This document shows, piece after piece, positions 14,301 to 28,641 of a stretch of 64,000 nucleotides of DNA (positions are counted from its first letter, which is position 1; each line of letters starts with the position of its first letter). A model generated the notes under the pieces. The model did not search any database. It worked only from the letters and a program-made list of their open reading frames with translations, and was not told the origin of the DNA. The stretch is from Proteromonas lacertae. Lineage: Eukaryota. Made by a program: the position numbers and the translations under genes. The DNA is taken from the NCBI GenBank assembly GCA_002245135.1, contig NGBS01000029.1, positions 1 to 64,000 of the forward strand. Reading direction: 5' to 3'.

Positions 14301-17300
14301 CCAATTATATTAGTTATTTCATACGCTTCCATATCATTTAATTGATCAACGGATAGTTTGGTTCGAGATATCTTTATTAACGAATGTCCATCGATTTGAG
14401 GTATTTGTTTCAATGGATGATCATCATACCACATTCTTCTATCAATACTCTTACATATATTCAATGCACAAATCGTCTGATAATAGGATTTCTGCTTCAA
14501 AAAGATCTCAAACAAAGCTCGAAAGAATCTTGCTGCATTCTGCTGTATATACTGCATATCAGATATAAGTGTAAAAGATTCAGGTTCTAATCTTGATATA
14601 TAAGATTGTAGTAATATATTCACTTTCTTTGCATATGGACAATCAGTTGAATTACTTTGTATTTCAACTCTACACATTTCTTCAAAAGATGATAATTCAT
14701 GTTCTTCTTCATCTCTTACTATTATATTCTTAAATTCTTGAGATTCACTGATTGTAAAGAACATAGCATCATAACTGTACATTCTATCTATTCTTTCATT
14801 ATATAATCGAATAGTTTCATAGGATATATAATAAAATGAAGCAATTCTTCCTAACTCAGTTCTTGATAGATTTCCACTGTTTGATTCATATCTCACCATT
14901 TGAGATTCTTCTAATCTTTTTATTCCTTCTCTAATCATTTGTTCACAAAAATGTGTAAGTGTTGGATCAAAATTAAACTCATTGTCTGTTATAGCATATG
15001 TTCTTGGTGAACTACGCATATGTATATAATAATAAGTATATTTAAACCAAGTTATTGCTTCTTCAAGATTAGTAACAGTTCCAGAAACAATTTCTGCATT
15101 TAAATGGTCAGGTAAAGCTTGAGCAAACTTACTGGATATTGGAATTTGATTGGTTAATAATGATACATAATGACTTAACTTCTTATGTTCAGTTATTATA
15201 ATACCTTCTCCTTGATTATCATACTGTGGTCTTCCTGCTCTACCAAATATCTGTAACACATCCAATATATCTAAATCAATATAACTACCTTTCTCAGCTG
15301 AATATATATTAGTTCCTTTAATAATAACAGTTCTTGCAGGTAAATTCACACCCCATGCTAGTGTAGAAGTACAACAAATAACTTTCAAAGCACCTCTTGC
15401 AAACATATCTTCAATTAGATTTCTATCTTGTCTTAGCATTCCAGCATGATGTATACCTATACCATAAGGAGTTAAATCTCTTACTAATTTATCTTTAGAT
15501 TTATTAATTCTAGTTTTATATAAATTATAACCGCTTTTACATTCAAATAGTTCTATTGTACAATCATTCTGTATGTGCTGTATTAATGAATATGCTGTTT
15601 GGGATGTATCTCTACGACTGTGTACAAATATCATTACTTGTTTATTATATTCTAAACATTTAATACATTTATCATAAGCAATATCATTCATATTATCACT
15701 AATTTGATTCCTATTTTCACCATAAATACCAATGAATATTTGAGTTAGTGGAACTGGTCTGAAACTAGAATCACAGTGGAATAATCCTCTTGCTGGATTA
15801 ACTCTTAAGAAATCAGCAACATCTTTATAATTAGGTAATGTTGCACTTAATCCTACGATTCTTATTGGTGATTGGGAACTTTCAACTAACCTTAAGATTC
15901 TTGCAACTATTGATTCTATTACATTACCTCTATCACTGGCTAATAAGTGAACTTCATCAAGGATTAATACTCGTACTAAACTGACAAATGAATCATCTGT
16001 AGAAGCTTTTCTAGTCATTACATCGAATTTCTCTGGCGTTGTAACGATGATTTGTGTTTCTGCAATTTCTGTTCGTGTTAGTTGCATATCTCCTGTTAAT
16101 TCTTTTACATTCAATCCTAAACCGTTTAACTGCTTATCGAATTTACTGACTATTTCTTGAGCTAATGCTTTCATTGGTGCTACATAAATCACTTTGAATT
16201 CATTTCTATGTAAACATCCATTTACTATATTCTTCTTTATTTCTCTAAGGATTGTTAATAATGCAACATTGGTTTTACCAGCACCAGTTGGAGCGCAGAT
16301 TAATAAGTTTTCATCTGTTTTATAAGCAGTATTAAATACCCACGATTGTAATCTGTTGAAATATTGAATATCTATTTAATAATAATAATATTAACTATTA
16401 ATACTTTGAAATGGTATTTGTGCATAATCTTCCAACTCATCAATTGATACTAATCGAATATTCTGCGATGAACTCTGATCATACACTGGCGGAATAACAA
16501 TCTCAGTACTATTCGGTGTTTCAGTTGTAGTTGAATTACTTGGTAATACAGTTTTATTGTGAATTGTATCATCTAAATGAACTCCAGGCATATAAGGTGT
16601 ATATGGATTTGGATTTGGTATATATTTATTCATTCCTAATTTATTTTCATTATCTAATTGTCGCGGATCTAAACCTGCTTCTAATAGAGGATTTCTTTGG
16701 TTTTGAAGTTGTTTTTTCCATTTCTAAAATAGAAAATAAACAATATATATACTTTATGTTGTTCTTTTCTTTGTCTTATTTCACTTTCTGTTGTTACTGT
16801 ATAAGATGGTAATGTTATGGATGGTGGTGCTATTGTTGGCTTATATTGATTATTCTTATAATTATCAAGGATGAAATCTCTTGATTCTATTAATGTCTGA
16901 ATTAAATCGAAATTAAATCCTAATAAATTGACTAATGGTTCTTGCAATACCTCTGAATTTGGTGATGATTCTAATATATGAATAACATCAGTAATTAACT
17001 CATTAATTGGAATATCTAGATTTTGCTCTGTTATATATGTCTGTATAATGTCATATAAAAAATCATTATGTTGTGATTGTGATTTTGATTGTTGTTGTAC
17101 AGATTGTTGAAATGCTGGATTTGAAGAGTTTGATATAATTGATTGTACTTCTGATATAGACATTCCAGCAGATGATTGGTTAGTAGTTATTTCATTACTA
17201 TCATCTGAAGTTGTTGAAGATATTTGATTCATTGCTAATCCAGTATGAGGACATACATAAGGAAGATGTATACCATAAAGTTTAGAGCTTTTAGGAATAT

Positions 17301-17818
17301 GTGACAAGGGAGCTTCAATTGTACTGTAATAAGCATTGAGAATTGTTGCTAATTGTGTTAGACTCTCCCAATCTTTTGCTGATATGTTTGGATATAACCT
17401 TAACACTGCACCTTTTCCTGTGTATGTGTCTAATGCTTGTTGAAACATGAACAAACATGATTCGTTCAATTTACTACCATGTAATTCAGTTATTCTATAT
17501 ATCAATAATATTATATGTATTTACTTTGCAATAAGATCACAAAATTCTAAATACTTTCCTTTCAAAAGCTGTAATTTATCAGATGGACATTTCTTCTTAA
17601 AATTATCCCATCTCAACTGTGATTCATATACTCCAAAGTGAATTCGATAGTCTTCTTTGCTTTTAACATAATTCTGCAATTCTTTGTTGATAAAGTTCAA
17701 ATCGAGTATTTCGGGTGAACCTTTATCCAAAGAACGAAGGTAAGAAGTCTAAATAATAAAAATAGTAATATACAAAGTGCGGCCATCCAGAAGATGACTC
17801 AGGAATAGAAAAAGTCAT
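11348..17818 (-). CDS. ASCC3: ASCC3/SLH1 Ski2-like helicase (two helicase-Sec63 cassettes)
   Basis: APTGAGKT and APTGSGKT, DEVH and DEIH, two GRAGRPQ motifs, and the ASCC3-type HYCPRMATMNKPAY. N-terminal exons splice to ATG 17818 (MTFSIPESSSGWPHF/TSYLRSL). Confidence 0.92.
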
Positions 17819-17981
17819 TATCAAGCCGAAATGAAGCTTGTTAACAATAAAAATGGAATATTTACAATTGTATATCATACTCAATAGATTTTTAATATGT
17901 TACTTAACTACTATCAGTTAAAATATAATTATTATTTAAAAAAGCTAAAATCACAAATAATAAGTTAAACATCAATAATAA

Positions 17982-18443
17982 TTATGCTGTCTGCATTCTC
18001 TTCTTTACAACCCTAGCGAGTATCTCGCTTTCAGGATCTAAATTTTCAATGGGAAGTGGTCCTTCCCACAATCTCCACTCAGCATATTCATGAAGAAGTT
18101 CTAATTCATCTTGAGCTTGTTCAATTAATTCTTCGACTTGTCCACATTGTATTGTGTCTTCAATTTTACGGATCTAACAGATAATAAATAAAAAATCGAG
18201 TATACGTCTGTATTATTTTCTATTATTTGTTTTCTATAGTTTGTCATTGCTTCTACACTTTTTCTATATTCAGCTTCAGCTGGTATTTTCTATATTTTTA
18301 AATTGAGTTTCTAATACCTTAATATCATTTAATGTCTTATTATATAATTGTACTAGTACTTCTCTAGCATTTGGAACTACACTAAGGCCAACTAGACCAG
18401 TTGAATGTTTAACTGCCTCTAATAAAACAAGTGTACGAAACAT
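17982..18443 (-). CDS. NDUFA5: NADH dehydrogenase (complex I) subunit NDUFA5
   Basis: Three exons give STGLVGLSVVPNAREVL..IPAEAEYRKSVEAMT..IEDTIQCGQVEELIEQAQDELEL..WRLWE. Confidence 0.92.
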
Positions 18444-18656
18444 TTGCAAACCTATAATGAATAAAATATTATGACAACAATAAATGAGCATTATAAGATA
18501 TATAAGACTATAAAAATAACATACCAATCTATAGAACGTCAAACAACAGGCTTGATAGAAAATCAAAATTTAAAAACCACTCTATTTTCTTAACATTTTT
18601 CACCGTTTCAATAGAACTTTAGAACATTACTATAATAATAATTATCTCAATTAAAC

Positions 18657-19563
18657 ATGGCTGATGTATTCATACCGTTATAATTTGTTAGTTAGAGACA
18701 TTTATACAAAATGCTGATATGGCTCAGCTAAAGAACTATGTAGTTGCAAAAGACGCTATAAAATACAAAGATTTGCCTGAAGGAATAATATTAGTTAACA
18801 TGACTCATAATTATTTAAAAGCAAAATGTTTAGAACTTCGATTAGACAAATCTATGACTGTATAAGTGATATATATAACATTTTTAATAGATAGAACAAG
18901 TCAAATTAAAGATATATCACTTCGTTGGAACACCAGTCAATGATCAAGCTTTAGTATTAAAGAATGAATCAGGTGAAGTTGTTTGTGAGTTAGCCAATGA
19001 CAATATGTTATTAGGAGCCTATCCAATAGATTCAGGTATGGAAATATACTGTGTTGATACAAATCCATTTTCAAAAGCAAAAGGAGGTGCTTATGAAGAT
19101 GTAAATTTGGTTCAAAAGTACGTAATGTCTGATGAAGAATATGATAAGAGAAAAGGAACAGTAAGAGATTACAAAAGAGAAATGTTAAAAAAAGATCCTA
19201 ATTTCAAATTCAAGACATTCACAGTAGATCCAGACAGTGCACCACCAGGTCCAGAAAGTGTAGAACAATTCGTAATAGGAAATAGATGTGAAGTTAATCC
19301 AGGTGGAAGAAGAGGTGAAATTAAGTGGAAAGGTGCTTGGGAGAATGAAGAAGATAAAGGTTATTGGGTTGGTGTACAGTTTGATGAACCTGTTGGACAA
19401 GGAACTGGTAAACATAAAGGAAAAGAGTATTTCTCTTGTGAAGATAAATATGGTTCATTTGTGAGAGGTAAAAATGTGACTAGTATTATATATATTTATT
19501 ATTTTAATAGTGGGAGATTTTCCTGAAGCATTATTGGAGGATTCTTCAGAAGATGAATTATAA
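18657..19563 (+). CDS. TBCB: Tubulin-folding cofactor B (ubiquitin-like + CAP-Gly)
   Basis: VQKYVMSDEEYDKRKGTVR and WVGVQFDEPVGQGTG..YFSC..KYGSFVR; acidic EDEL end after the last intron. Confidence 0.92.
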
Positions 19564-19695
19564 ATTTTTGTTATTTCTTTTATTATTATGAAAATATTAT
19601 ATTATGCTTTATTATTTCTGTATAACAAATAAAATAAAAAATGTAGAATAAAATACAAATTGAGTTTTTATTATTTATAGTTTTATTACAATTAT

Positions 19696-20443
19696 TTAAT
19701 TACCAATAACAGCATTGATACCATTAATAATACCATTGCAAATATCAGCACCTGGAGCTCTAACAGTAACTCTGAATTTCTTAGCTTTAGCATTACATTC
19801 AATTCTAGTCATAATACCAATTGTAGCAGTTCCAGCTTTCAATGATAAAGCACCACATACTACAGTTGGAGCTGGATCAGCTGGACTTACACCAAATCTC
19901 ATATTTGGTAATTGTTTCTTTACTAATTCAACATCTCCACTTCCATCTAATACTTTAGCAATTTCTTTACCAGCTAACTTCTTCCAGTTGGCCATAAATC
20001 CAGCACCATCCATCTTAGCTGGAACACCAAAACTATATAAATTAACAGGTAATTTCAAGGCTAAATCTACACTCTTTTTAGCTGTATAAGATACACTTAA
20101 ATCTGGGCATTCTGTGAATGGTTTTGCTAATTTCAATTGTAATTGTTGTGTGACTTTATCACCAGGTTCAATATCAGATTCTGGATCTTTGGCTTTAACC
20201 AATACACCTTTGTTACCTTCACAAGTTACACTCAAATCACTAATAGCTACTTTGCCTTTATTTATATAAGTTAATGTCATCATAGCCATATCTCCTTTGT
20301 ATTTATGTTCTACTCCAATTTGTAAGTTCTTATCTTCAAATAATATACCTTTTGGACTGACTAAACATTTTCTTAAGAAACTAGATTGATCTACTTCTTC
20401 ATCTTCACCTTCTTCCTCTTCATCTTCCTCTTCTTCAGGTTCT

Positions 20444-20475
<32 letters not shown>

Positions 20476-22368
20476 TTCTTCCTTATCTTTATCATCTTCT
20501 TTATCTTTACTTAATAATTTCTGTAATCTAGCAATCAATGATGATTCTTTCTCTGGGAAGGCTGGCATAGCATCCATTACTTCACCCATAATTTCTTCAT
20601 CTTCCATTAAAGCAGTATATTCAACTACTCTTTGTTGGATTTCAGGATCCATATCACTCTTATATTCATCATATAATTCAACGACTGAATCTTTTAAATC
20701 TGGATAAATATTCATTAATTTAAATATTGCATGTAATAATAAAGCTTTTGTACCTGGAGTTGATCTTTTCATGTGTTTAACCATTGTCTCAAAGATTTGA
20801 TCTGGTTCAACAGCTGAATCTCCTTCATTCAAATAATTACCATATTCACCAACAATATAACCAGCACATTTAATAACAGATTCAAATACTAAATCAGGTT
20901 GTAATGCTTCATATAACTTAGTAACAGCATAACTATGTAATTCATCATGTTGTGATACGATTTGGACAGCTCTGAACCAAATATCATCTGAGACAAAGTC
21001 ACCAGCAGTTGTAATCATTTGTAACATCACATCCATATACCAAAAGAAATCTTTTGCAAACTTTTCAGCTAAAATAGCAATCTTTAAAATCATCTCAGAT
21101 TTAATATGATAATCTGCTTTAGCTAAGTAATCTAACAATTCTTTAACAATTTCTACAGCACAACTTTCATCACACATAGCGAATAAGACGTGTACAGCTC
21201 TTTTTCTAATAGAAACATCAGGATTATCTAAAGATTCTAAGATTGTTGATTTATGCTTTTGAATAACAGTGCTTGTACCTTCTAATGAAGCTAATCTAGC
21301 TAATGAATCCAAGGCTAAATATCGAATATTACTATCATTATCAGAGATAAAAGCACCTAAGAATTTTACAGCTGATTTTCTCAATTTTGCATCACTTTCT
21401 TCACCATAGTGAATAACTACATTAATTGCTTCAAATAAGATAGCATGTTTAGCATTACTCTTATTTCTATCTTTCTCAGCTGTATCTTGATCACCTAAGA
21501 TGTTACTTAATACTTTCATTATTTTATCACACAATTTCTTCTCTCCATCTGGGAAATCATATTTTTCTAAGATTTTGAGTAATTTAATTGTTAACCAAGG
21601 TGAAGGGATTTCTCTAAACATATATTGAGGTGGACACTTTTGGTCAATCACTAATTGAATCAATGCATCAGCTACTGATCTTAAAAGCTTGATACAGGCT
21701 TGTCCTTCTAATCTTGGAATTGCTTCGTATAAGTTAGCAGATGCAGTGACTACACCAAGATCTGTATGCTCTAATAATTTGATTAAACTTGGTGCCCATT
21801 CTACAGACACTGCGTCTGGAGATGATCTGTATAAACTCATCAAACAGTTGGCAGCTCTCTTTCTAAGTGCATCCCTAGTAGCATCATCACTTACCATTCT
21901 TAATACATCCTCATAAACAGCTTCTGCGAATTCTTGTCCTCCCATATTGGCTATTGTTGAAAGAGCAATAGCAGAGTTTTGTTCTTCTTGTGATAATAAA
22001 TCTACTCTCATGGAGTTAACGACTAATGTTGCCATTTCGTGGGATGATGTGATAAGAAGCGAAATAGAGATGTAACCAACAATCTTTTCTGCATATTTGG
22101 TTGATGATAATAAGTTAATAACCTCCATATGTCCACTGGTAATTTCATAACCTAGAAGATGGATGTAGGTCAACTTCCATACGTACTTCTTTCTATCATA
22201 TGCTTTGATGTTTTGTTTTGAGAATGCTTGACGAATGTTAGCAAGTTCCTCATCAATTCTCTTCATTTCTTCTTCTTTACTTGGGCCTAATGGATTAAAT
22301 GGATATTATTCTATACAATCGTTAATTTCACGAATGAAATTAGTCAAACCTCTCATAGTAGTAGTCAT
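19696..22368 (-). CDS. AP2A: AP-2 complex alpha adaptin
   Basis: MRGLTNFIREI../..KRIDEELANIR..YDRKKYVWKL..GHMEVINLLSSTKYAEK; acidic hinge and appendage domain. Confidence 0.93.
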
Positions 22369-22561
22369 TTTTGATGATAAATAAAGATAAAAAGAAAAGT
22401 ATCTTTAAAAAACCAATCACATCGATGAAATCTATTTTGCATTAATGGATCAAGATCTGCTAACTTACGTAAAAGATTTTTTTAATCTTAGTTTTTCTCT
22501 TTAATTACTAAATATAAAACAACAATAATAACGTCATTTATTTATAATTGAGATAAAAATT

Positions 22562-24648
22562 CTATTTTTTGTTTTTAGGCTGAACTATAAAACTAATTGG
22601 TTCAATGATTGCTCCAGTTCTTACTTTATTCTTTGGTAGATTCAACTTGTGAAATGCTTCAGATGTATTCCATTCTTTTCCTAAAGGATTTCTGATTGAT
22701 CTTTCATATTGTTCTCTAGAGGTGAAAGGATAAGGAACTGCTTCGTGTGTATATTTTAAAAACTATTGATCAAAATAAAATGCTATATATACTTTTTTAT
22801 TTGGTTTTTCATTAATAATCACATTATTCAACTTTGCATCCTTCCTTTTCTTGGTTATCTCTTCTCTTATTCTTTCCTCTTCTCTCTTCCTCTTCTTTGC
22901 TTTATTTTTATTCACTTTTACACCTATACCTGCCCAACTTCCCCATCCACTCATATCTGGCTCAGGTTCTGGCATGTCTCCATCTATTTCTTCTTCCTTT
23001 TCTTTTTGAAACTCTTCTTCTTCAAAACCTATGGAAAATGCTTTGCTAATTAAATCTTCTTGAGATAGATATGATTCTCCTATTTTGTCTTTTATTTTTG
23101 CTGGTTTTTCTTCTTTTTCTTTTTCATTTTTTTTGTTATCATTCTTTGATATATTTGGAATTGTTATATTTGTATTTTTTATTTTACTTATATCAACAAC
23201 TAATTGATCACCAGTTGTATTATCTGCTGTTATTTTCTATTAACAAATAAAATAGATGAATAAAATAAAAATACAGTTGGAACAGATGTTGATGTTAATT
23301 CATTCAAATCCCATCCAACATTTTTCTTCTTTTTCTTTAAATTATTATTATCATCATCATTCACATCTTCATCATCATTTGTTGAAACATTTACTCGACT
23401 TTCCAATTGATTCTTTAACTCAAATAACGCAGATTCAGCATCATTTCTTAGTTTTTCTTTCTTTTTATCCATTGCAGCTTTCATAAATGGCATTTTGTAT
23501 ATTGAACTATGTTCACCAGCATCAAAATCATCATGATCTATTTCATCTTTCACATCTTCTAAATTCTTTATTAATTTAGTTTTTATTATTCTTTCTCTCT
23601 CTTCTTCTGGTAAATTTGGATCTAATGATTCTTCTAATTCTAAATCACTATTCACTTCATCTTCTTTCTCTATTTTTCTTCTTAACTTTTCACTTGCTTG
23701 TAAATGTTCATTGAATAGCTTCTTTTATTGATTCATTGTTTTTGCTATATTTTAAATTACGATTTGCCCACTTATTTTGAGTTGAATGTTTCTGTGTCAT
23801 TCTTTCTTTTGCTCTTCTATATTCATCTTCTTCATCCATTTTTTCTGCTAATTCTGGATTACTTTCTCTCAATATTTCTCTTTCTTTTTCTTTTTGTCTC
23901 TTTTCTTGTCTCTTTTTGATTTTATGATACATTCTACTCTTGATTTTATTGATTCTTTGTCTCTTCTTTTCTTCATAAAATATTATTGATTTTATTTTTG
24001 CTAATTCTCTTCTTCTTTCTTGTATTTCTTCTAATGTTAACATTTGTGATTGTAATTCTTTATCTTCTTGTTTTATTACATTCTCTTCTGTCATTCCTGT
24101 TTTGTTTAATACTTCAGCTACTCTTGTCTCAAGTGAGGTTTCTGGCTCAAAATTTGCTGCTAAAGATGTTAATGTTGATTTTTCTCTTTTATCTTCATCT
24201 AAAGGAAAATTCAGTACTGGAGCTTCTCTATTCTTTTTTACGATTGGTTGCCATTTTGTTACATCCTTCTTTGCTAAACTATATGCAGCCTAATATTGAT
24301 TAATTGATAATTTATTATACTTTTCTTTCCACTTTTTCTTTGTGAATCTTTGCTAATGGTTTGGATATTGGAGCAGATCCCTTTATCAATTCTGATGCTT
24401 GTGCTTTTAAATCTGTTTGATCATCTAACACACCAATAAGGTCACTAAGTGTTGCTTCTATATCCAAAAATATTATATAATGAAATACGATCTGTATCAA
24501 TAGAATATTCAGATTCTTTCGTTATCTCATTCTTCACTTTTGTTTGTTTAGTCGATTTAACACTCTTTTTCTCTGTATTTTCACTTTTAGACAACGATTC
24601 AATTAATTTGGCATGTCTTTCTTCAATATCTGAATCAGAATCAGACAT
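22562..24648 (-). CDS. UTP14: U3 snoRNP-associated protein Utp14; apparent +1 frameshift at about 23710
   Basis: YEEKKRQRINKIKSRMYHKI, RAKERMTQKH, GWGSWAG, PYPFTSREQYERSIRNPLGKEWNT. Confidence 0.9.
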
Positions 24649-24726
24649 AATGCAAAAAACAGAATCAAACCCTAAACAAGCCAAAATTGTTTAAAATGTA
24701 TTTATATTATTAATAAAATAAAAATA

Positions 24727-25495
24727 TTAAGCACCAAAACAACACTTTTTAAATCTCTCTTTCCAATCTGCAGATTCTTCTCCATCAATCTTAACAGTTT
24801 CACCTTTTGATATTTCTGTTTTCTCTCCGTTTGTTAATTTATTATTCATCATTTGACATATTGCTATTCATGCACATAAATAATATTATAATATACCTGT
24901 CAAAAGTGAGTTAAATGCTGGCTCTACATTTGAAGCATCAAGTGCAGAAGCTTCCATAAAAGCTAAACCTTCTCTTTCAGCAAAAGATTGTGCTTCATCT
25001 GTGGGTACTTGCCTTTCAAATTGCAAATCAGCTTTATTTCCTACCTATAAACAAATTATACTTACATTTATATTAATACTAACATAATTTTCATACTAGC
25101 ATCAGTATTTTGTCTTACTTCTTCTAACCATCTTGGTAAATCATCAAAACTGCTTCTGGTTGATATATCATATACTAACAAAGCTCCCATAGCACCTCTA
25201 TAATAAGCACTTGTTATTGATCTATATCGTTCCTGACCGGCTAAAATATAAACATGAGTATAAATACCAGTATCCCAGATTTGAGCCATTACTATCTTTC
25301 CTTCTGTCATAACAGATTTTATTGCAAATTCAACACCTATAGTACTTTTTGATTCTAGATTAAACTCGTTCTTCGTAAATCTGGAGAGAAGGTTTGATTT
25401 ACCTACACCTGAGTCTCCAATTAATACAACTACGTAATTCTTAATATATTTATCATACTTTTAAATAAATAATCATATTCTTGTGAATTCTGCAT
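24727..25495 (-). CDS. RAB11: Rab11 small GTPase
   Basis: [56 protein letters not shown]-terminal CCFGA. Confidence 0.93.
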
Positions 25496-25684
25496 GAATT
25501 TAGAAAAATAAAGATTTTTCAAAAATCTTACTAATTTGAGATAACAATATATGTTTTGCAGTAGATAATAGTATATTTATAATTGTTATGATATGAAATG
25601 ATGACAAACAAAATTTTAGATTAAACAGAACAGAATAGAATCACGATTAACAAAATAAAATAACTAAAATAATTACTATGTGTT

Positions 25685-26661
25685 TTATTCACTATGCTTT
25701 TCAACATAATCCCAGAAAAAATCAAGAGGTTTTGCATATTTCCTAAATTCTCTATTTGCTGGAAACTATAATAATATAAATACATTTACTCATAAAAAAG
25801 TATATATACATGATATGGCAGCTTTGTAGAATTTACTGACAAATCAGGATAATACTTTCTATTATAAATTAGATTAAAAACATAAATACTCAATTGCATT
25901 AACAATTTCATTAAATATAATCTTATTTCCATCACAATTAGGATGTAAACCATCATACAATAGAGAAGAGTAATTATCCATAACAATAAACTTTTGATAA
26001 ATATCAATTACTGGAATTTCAAATAATTCACCTACTTCTTTTACTACTTTCACATATTTCTCTGTTTCACTGTTTCCTCTACCGAAACAACATGTTTCGT
26101 TGCATTTTAATGGATATTGATATTGAATTCCTATTGGAGGAGGAGTTAATAAAATGATTTTTGGATTTGAAGTTAGATTCTTTAAATACACAATTATCTT
26201 CCTTAAATTAGATTTATATTGATCAGTAGATAAGTGTTTGAAAGTATCACAACTTCCAGTTGCATCATTTGAACCTAACATCAATGTAGTGAATATAGGA
26301 AATGTATTTATATGTGCATTTTTCGGATATAAATAAGGCATCATTTTGAGAATATATTCAGTAGTATAACCTGAATAACCACGATTTATAATATCTGCTC
26401 TTCTACGATAATAATTCACTAGATAACTTCCAAATCCACATAAATCAGGATCAAAACTATTATAATATTAATAATATTACTATACCTATTCTCTGTTATT
26501 GAATCACCCAATAAATGAAAGATTGGTCTAGGGTAAGAATTTACTGAATTATAATCCTCATCTACATCGTTAAATGAGCTTTTTCTACCAAATACTGAAA
26601 ACAGGAAGAAAATCATCGACACAACCAATACCACTGCTAAAGCTTGTACCCACAACTGCAT
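25685..26661 (-). CDS. SGNH/GDSL esterase (IAH1-like) with N-terminal membrane anchor
   Basis: LLGDSITE, RRADIINRGYSGYTT, LGSNDA, LLTPPP, DGLHP. Confidence 0.88.
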
Positions 26662-26919
26662 ACTTACGGCTCTATGTGATTTACTTATTTTGTGAATCTT
26701 AATATTAAAAGTTAGTCGATAAAATTAGAAATAAAAAAATAGGTAAAAAATGTGTCAAAATTACCAAATTATTACCATATTTTTATTTACTAGAAAGGCT
26801 AATTACTCTTATCATTATTTTTTAATGGCGTTATAATTTACTCTTATTATTACGTTATAACTTTAATTTAATGATTTATTACATGAAGATGGCGAAAATT
26901 TTCGTAGATTAATGCACAT

Positions 26920-27391
26920 ATGAGTAGTAGTATTATTAATCCTTTACATCTGTTGGAGGATTTAAGTGCATATATATATATATTGAATATTATTTTTAGG
27001 TTACTCAAAACAATCATAAGGAAGCCAGTAGTGAGCCTCCCTTTGTTCAAACATCACCATGTTATAGTCCTAGTTCACCACCACAGCATTCATTATTGAA
27101 CATTGATAGTCCTTCTCCTGTTTTATCACCTCTTGAAAGAGATATTAGTTCGCCTCCACAGCTGCCAGATTATGAAACAAGTATATAAATATATAATATA
27201 TATATCTTTAGGTTTTAGTAGTTTCAGATTACCTCCACCACGTTTTGAAGAAGCATAAAAGAAAGTACGAATCGTTAAATGATGATGAAAAGGAAAGAAG
27301 AAAGAACAATTGCAAAAGGGCAAGAATGGTAAAGGAACAGAAAAGATTAATGAGAATGGTGGTAGATGGTAACAGTATGAAGATGTTGTAA
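26920..27391 (+). CDS. Possible small S/P-rich protein with a basic C-terminal segment, absent from the ORF track
   Basis: ATG 26920, GC-AG intron 26968-26999, exon 27000-27180, intron from 27181. The 3' frame (LKKHKRKY..ERRKNNCKRAR) needs an alternative acceptor or a one-base shift. Confidence 0.4.
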
Positions 27392-27554
27392 AACATTGCA
27401 GAAAACTAATTGAATATGTATATATATATATAGATTAATAAGCATCATTTTAAAGCATTAGACCTTATGTCAATTATAAATAACATTCAAAGTTAATTAA
27501 TTAATTATTAATTTCTTAATACTTTTCTTTGTTATTGTAAATGGTGTTTGTTTT

Positions 27555-28007
27555 ATTTAACCGTCATCACCTATATCGCAATAGAATATGATAATACGAG
27601 ATTAGTATTGTTATATAAATATTAGATTAGGTAGATGAATGGTTAAATGAAACTAGCACCGTCTAACAATGTATATCTATGTATTTGTTTATAGATTTTC
27701 ATTTTGGGACAATAGTATACTTTTGAGTTTTCAACCAATCAGCATATTTTTGAAAAACTAGTCGTTTTTGTGTTACAGGAGCCTATCGTTACTATATATT
27801 AGACATTATTAAAATATCGCCAGTTAAAAGATGAGTTTATATATTTAATCATGTATAAACCAGGAAATGAGAAATCAATAGTATAATCTATATATAGTAT
27901 GAAGGCGACCTCCCTACAGGATACTGTAGAGAGTAATATTATAGCTCACAAAGAAACCAACAAAGAAAAGAAGAAAGAGATTTGAAGATGAATTGATACG
28001 ACTAGTT
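27555..28007. ncRNA. Candidate structured RNA(s), class unknown
   Basis: Nested stems at 27555-27648, 10-bp perfect inverted repeat 27756-27765/27998-28007, hairpin 27914-27929. Confidence 0.3.
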
Positions 28008-28040
28008 GTTGTATATAATTAGGGAAGGTAGGAATAATGG

Positions 28041-28641
28041 TGTTGTGCGCCGTTGAGAGTTAAGAAGACTTTTTTCAATTCTAATATTATAAACGTAACC
28101 TCTGGCTCTTCAATATTACTAATCAACACTTTGTTTTCCAAAATAGTTACGTTGGCCTAATATCGTATAGTCGTGTTTAGGTTCCTGTACTGGAAACACT
28201 TTTTATTTTTATATTATTTTAAAAGCTTATAACAATAGTAGACATCGGGATAAAGGTTTCAAATAGAAAAGGAATACCTAATTATTGCATTTACCTGCTT
28301 AAAATTTATTTTTAAAAAACAAGCTTGAATGAGGCTTGAATAGATTTTTTATTTTTTCGTTTATAAGTGTCTTAACATCTAAATATGTGTGATTTAATTG
28401 CTTAAACTAATGTATTTTTTACTCTAGTAGTGATTGAAGCAAAAAAATTAAAAATAGAATTAAAATTGTTTTCAATATGTTGGAATAAAGTTCAAAAAAA
28501 TATATATAGCAGATGTAGCTTATATGACAAAGTAAGATTATATTTGCATATAGCTCGCCATCAAACCACACACTATCATTTTAGAATTGAAAAAAGTCTT
28601 CTTAACGCTCAACGGCACATTTAGCTCAACGGCGCACAACA
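28041..28641. mobile_element. 601-bp non-autonomous element (MITE-like) with TGT..ACA ends, long TIRs and 5-bp TSD
   Basis: TIRs 28041-28084 and 28581-28641 (first 17 bp TGTTGTGCGCCGTTGAG perfect); AATGG directly flanks both ends (28036-28040, 28642-28646). Confidence 0.9.

Noticed and set aside
28430..28624. 64-aa GTG-start ORF inside the TIR element
   Set aside because: Runs into the TIR, has no transposase or nuclease motif, and fits chance.
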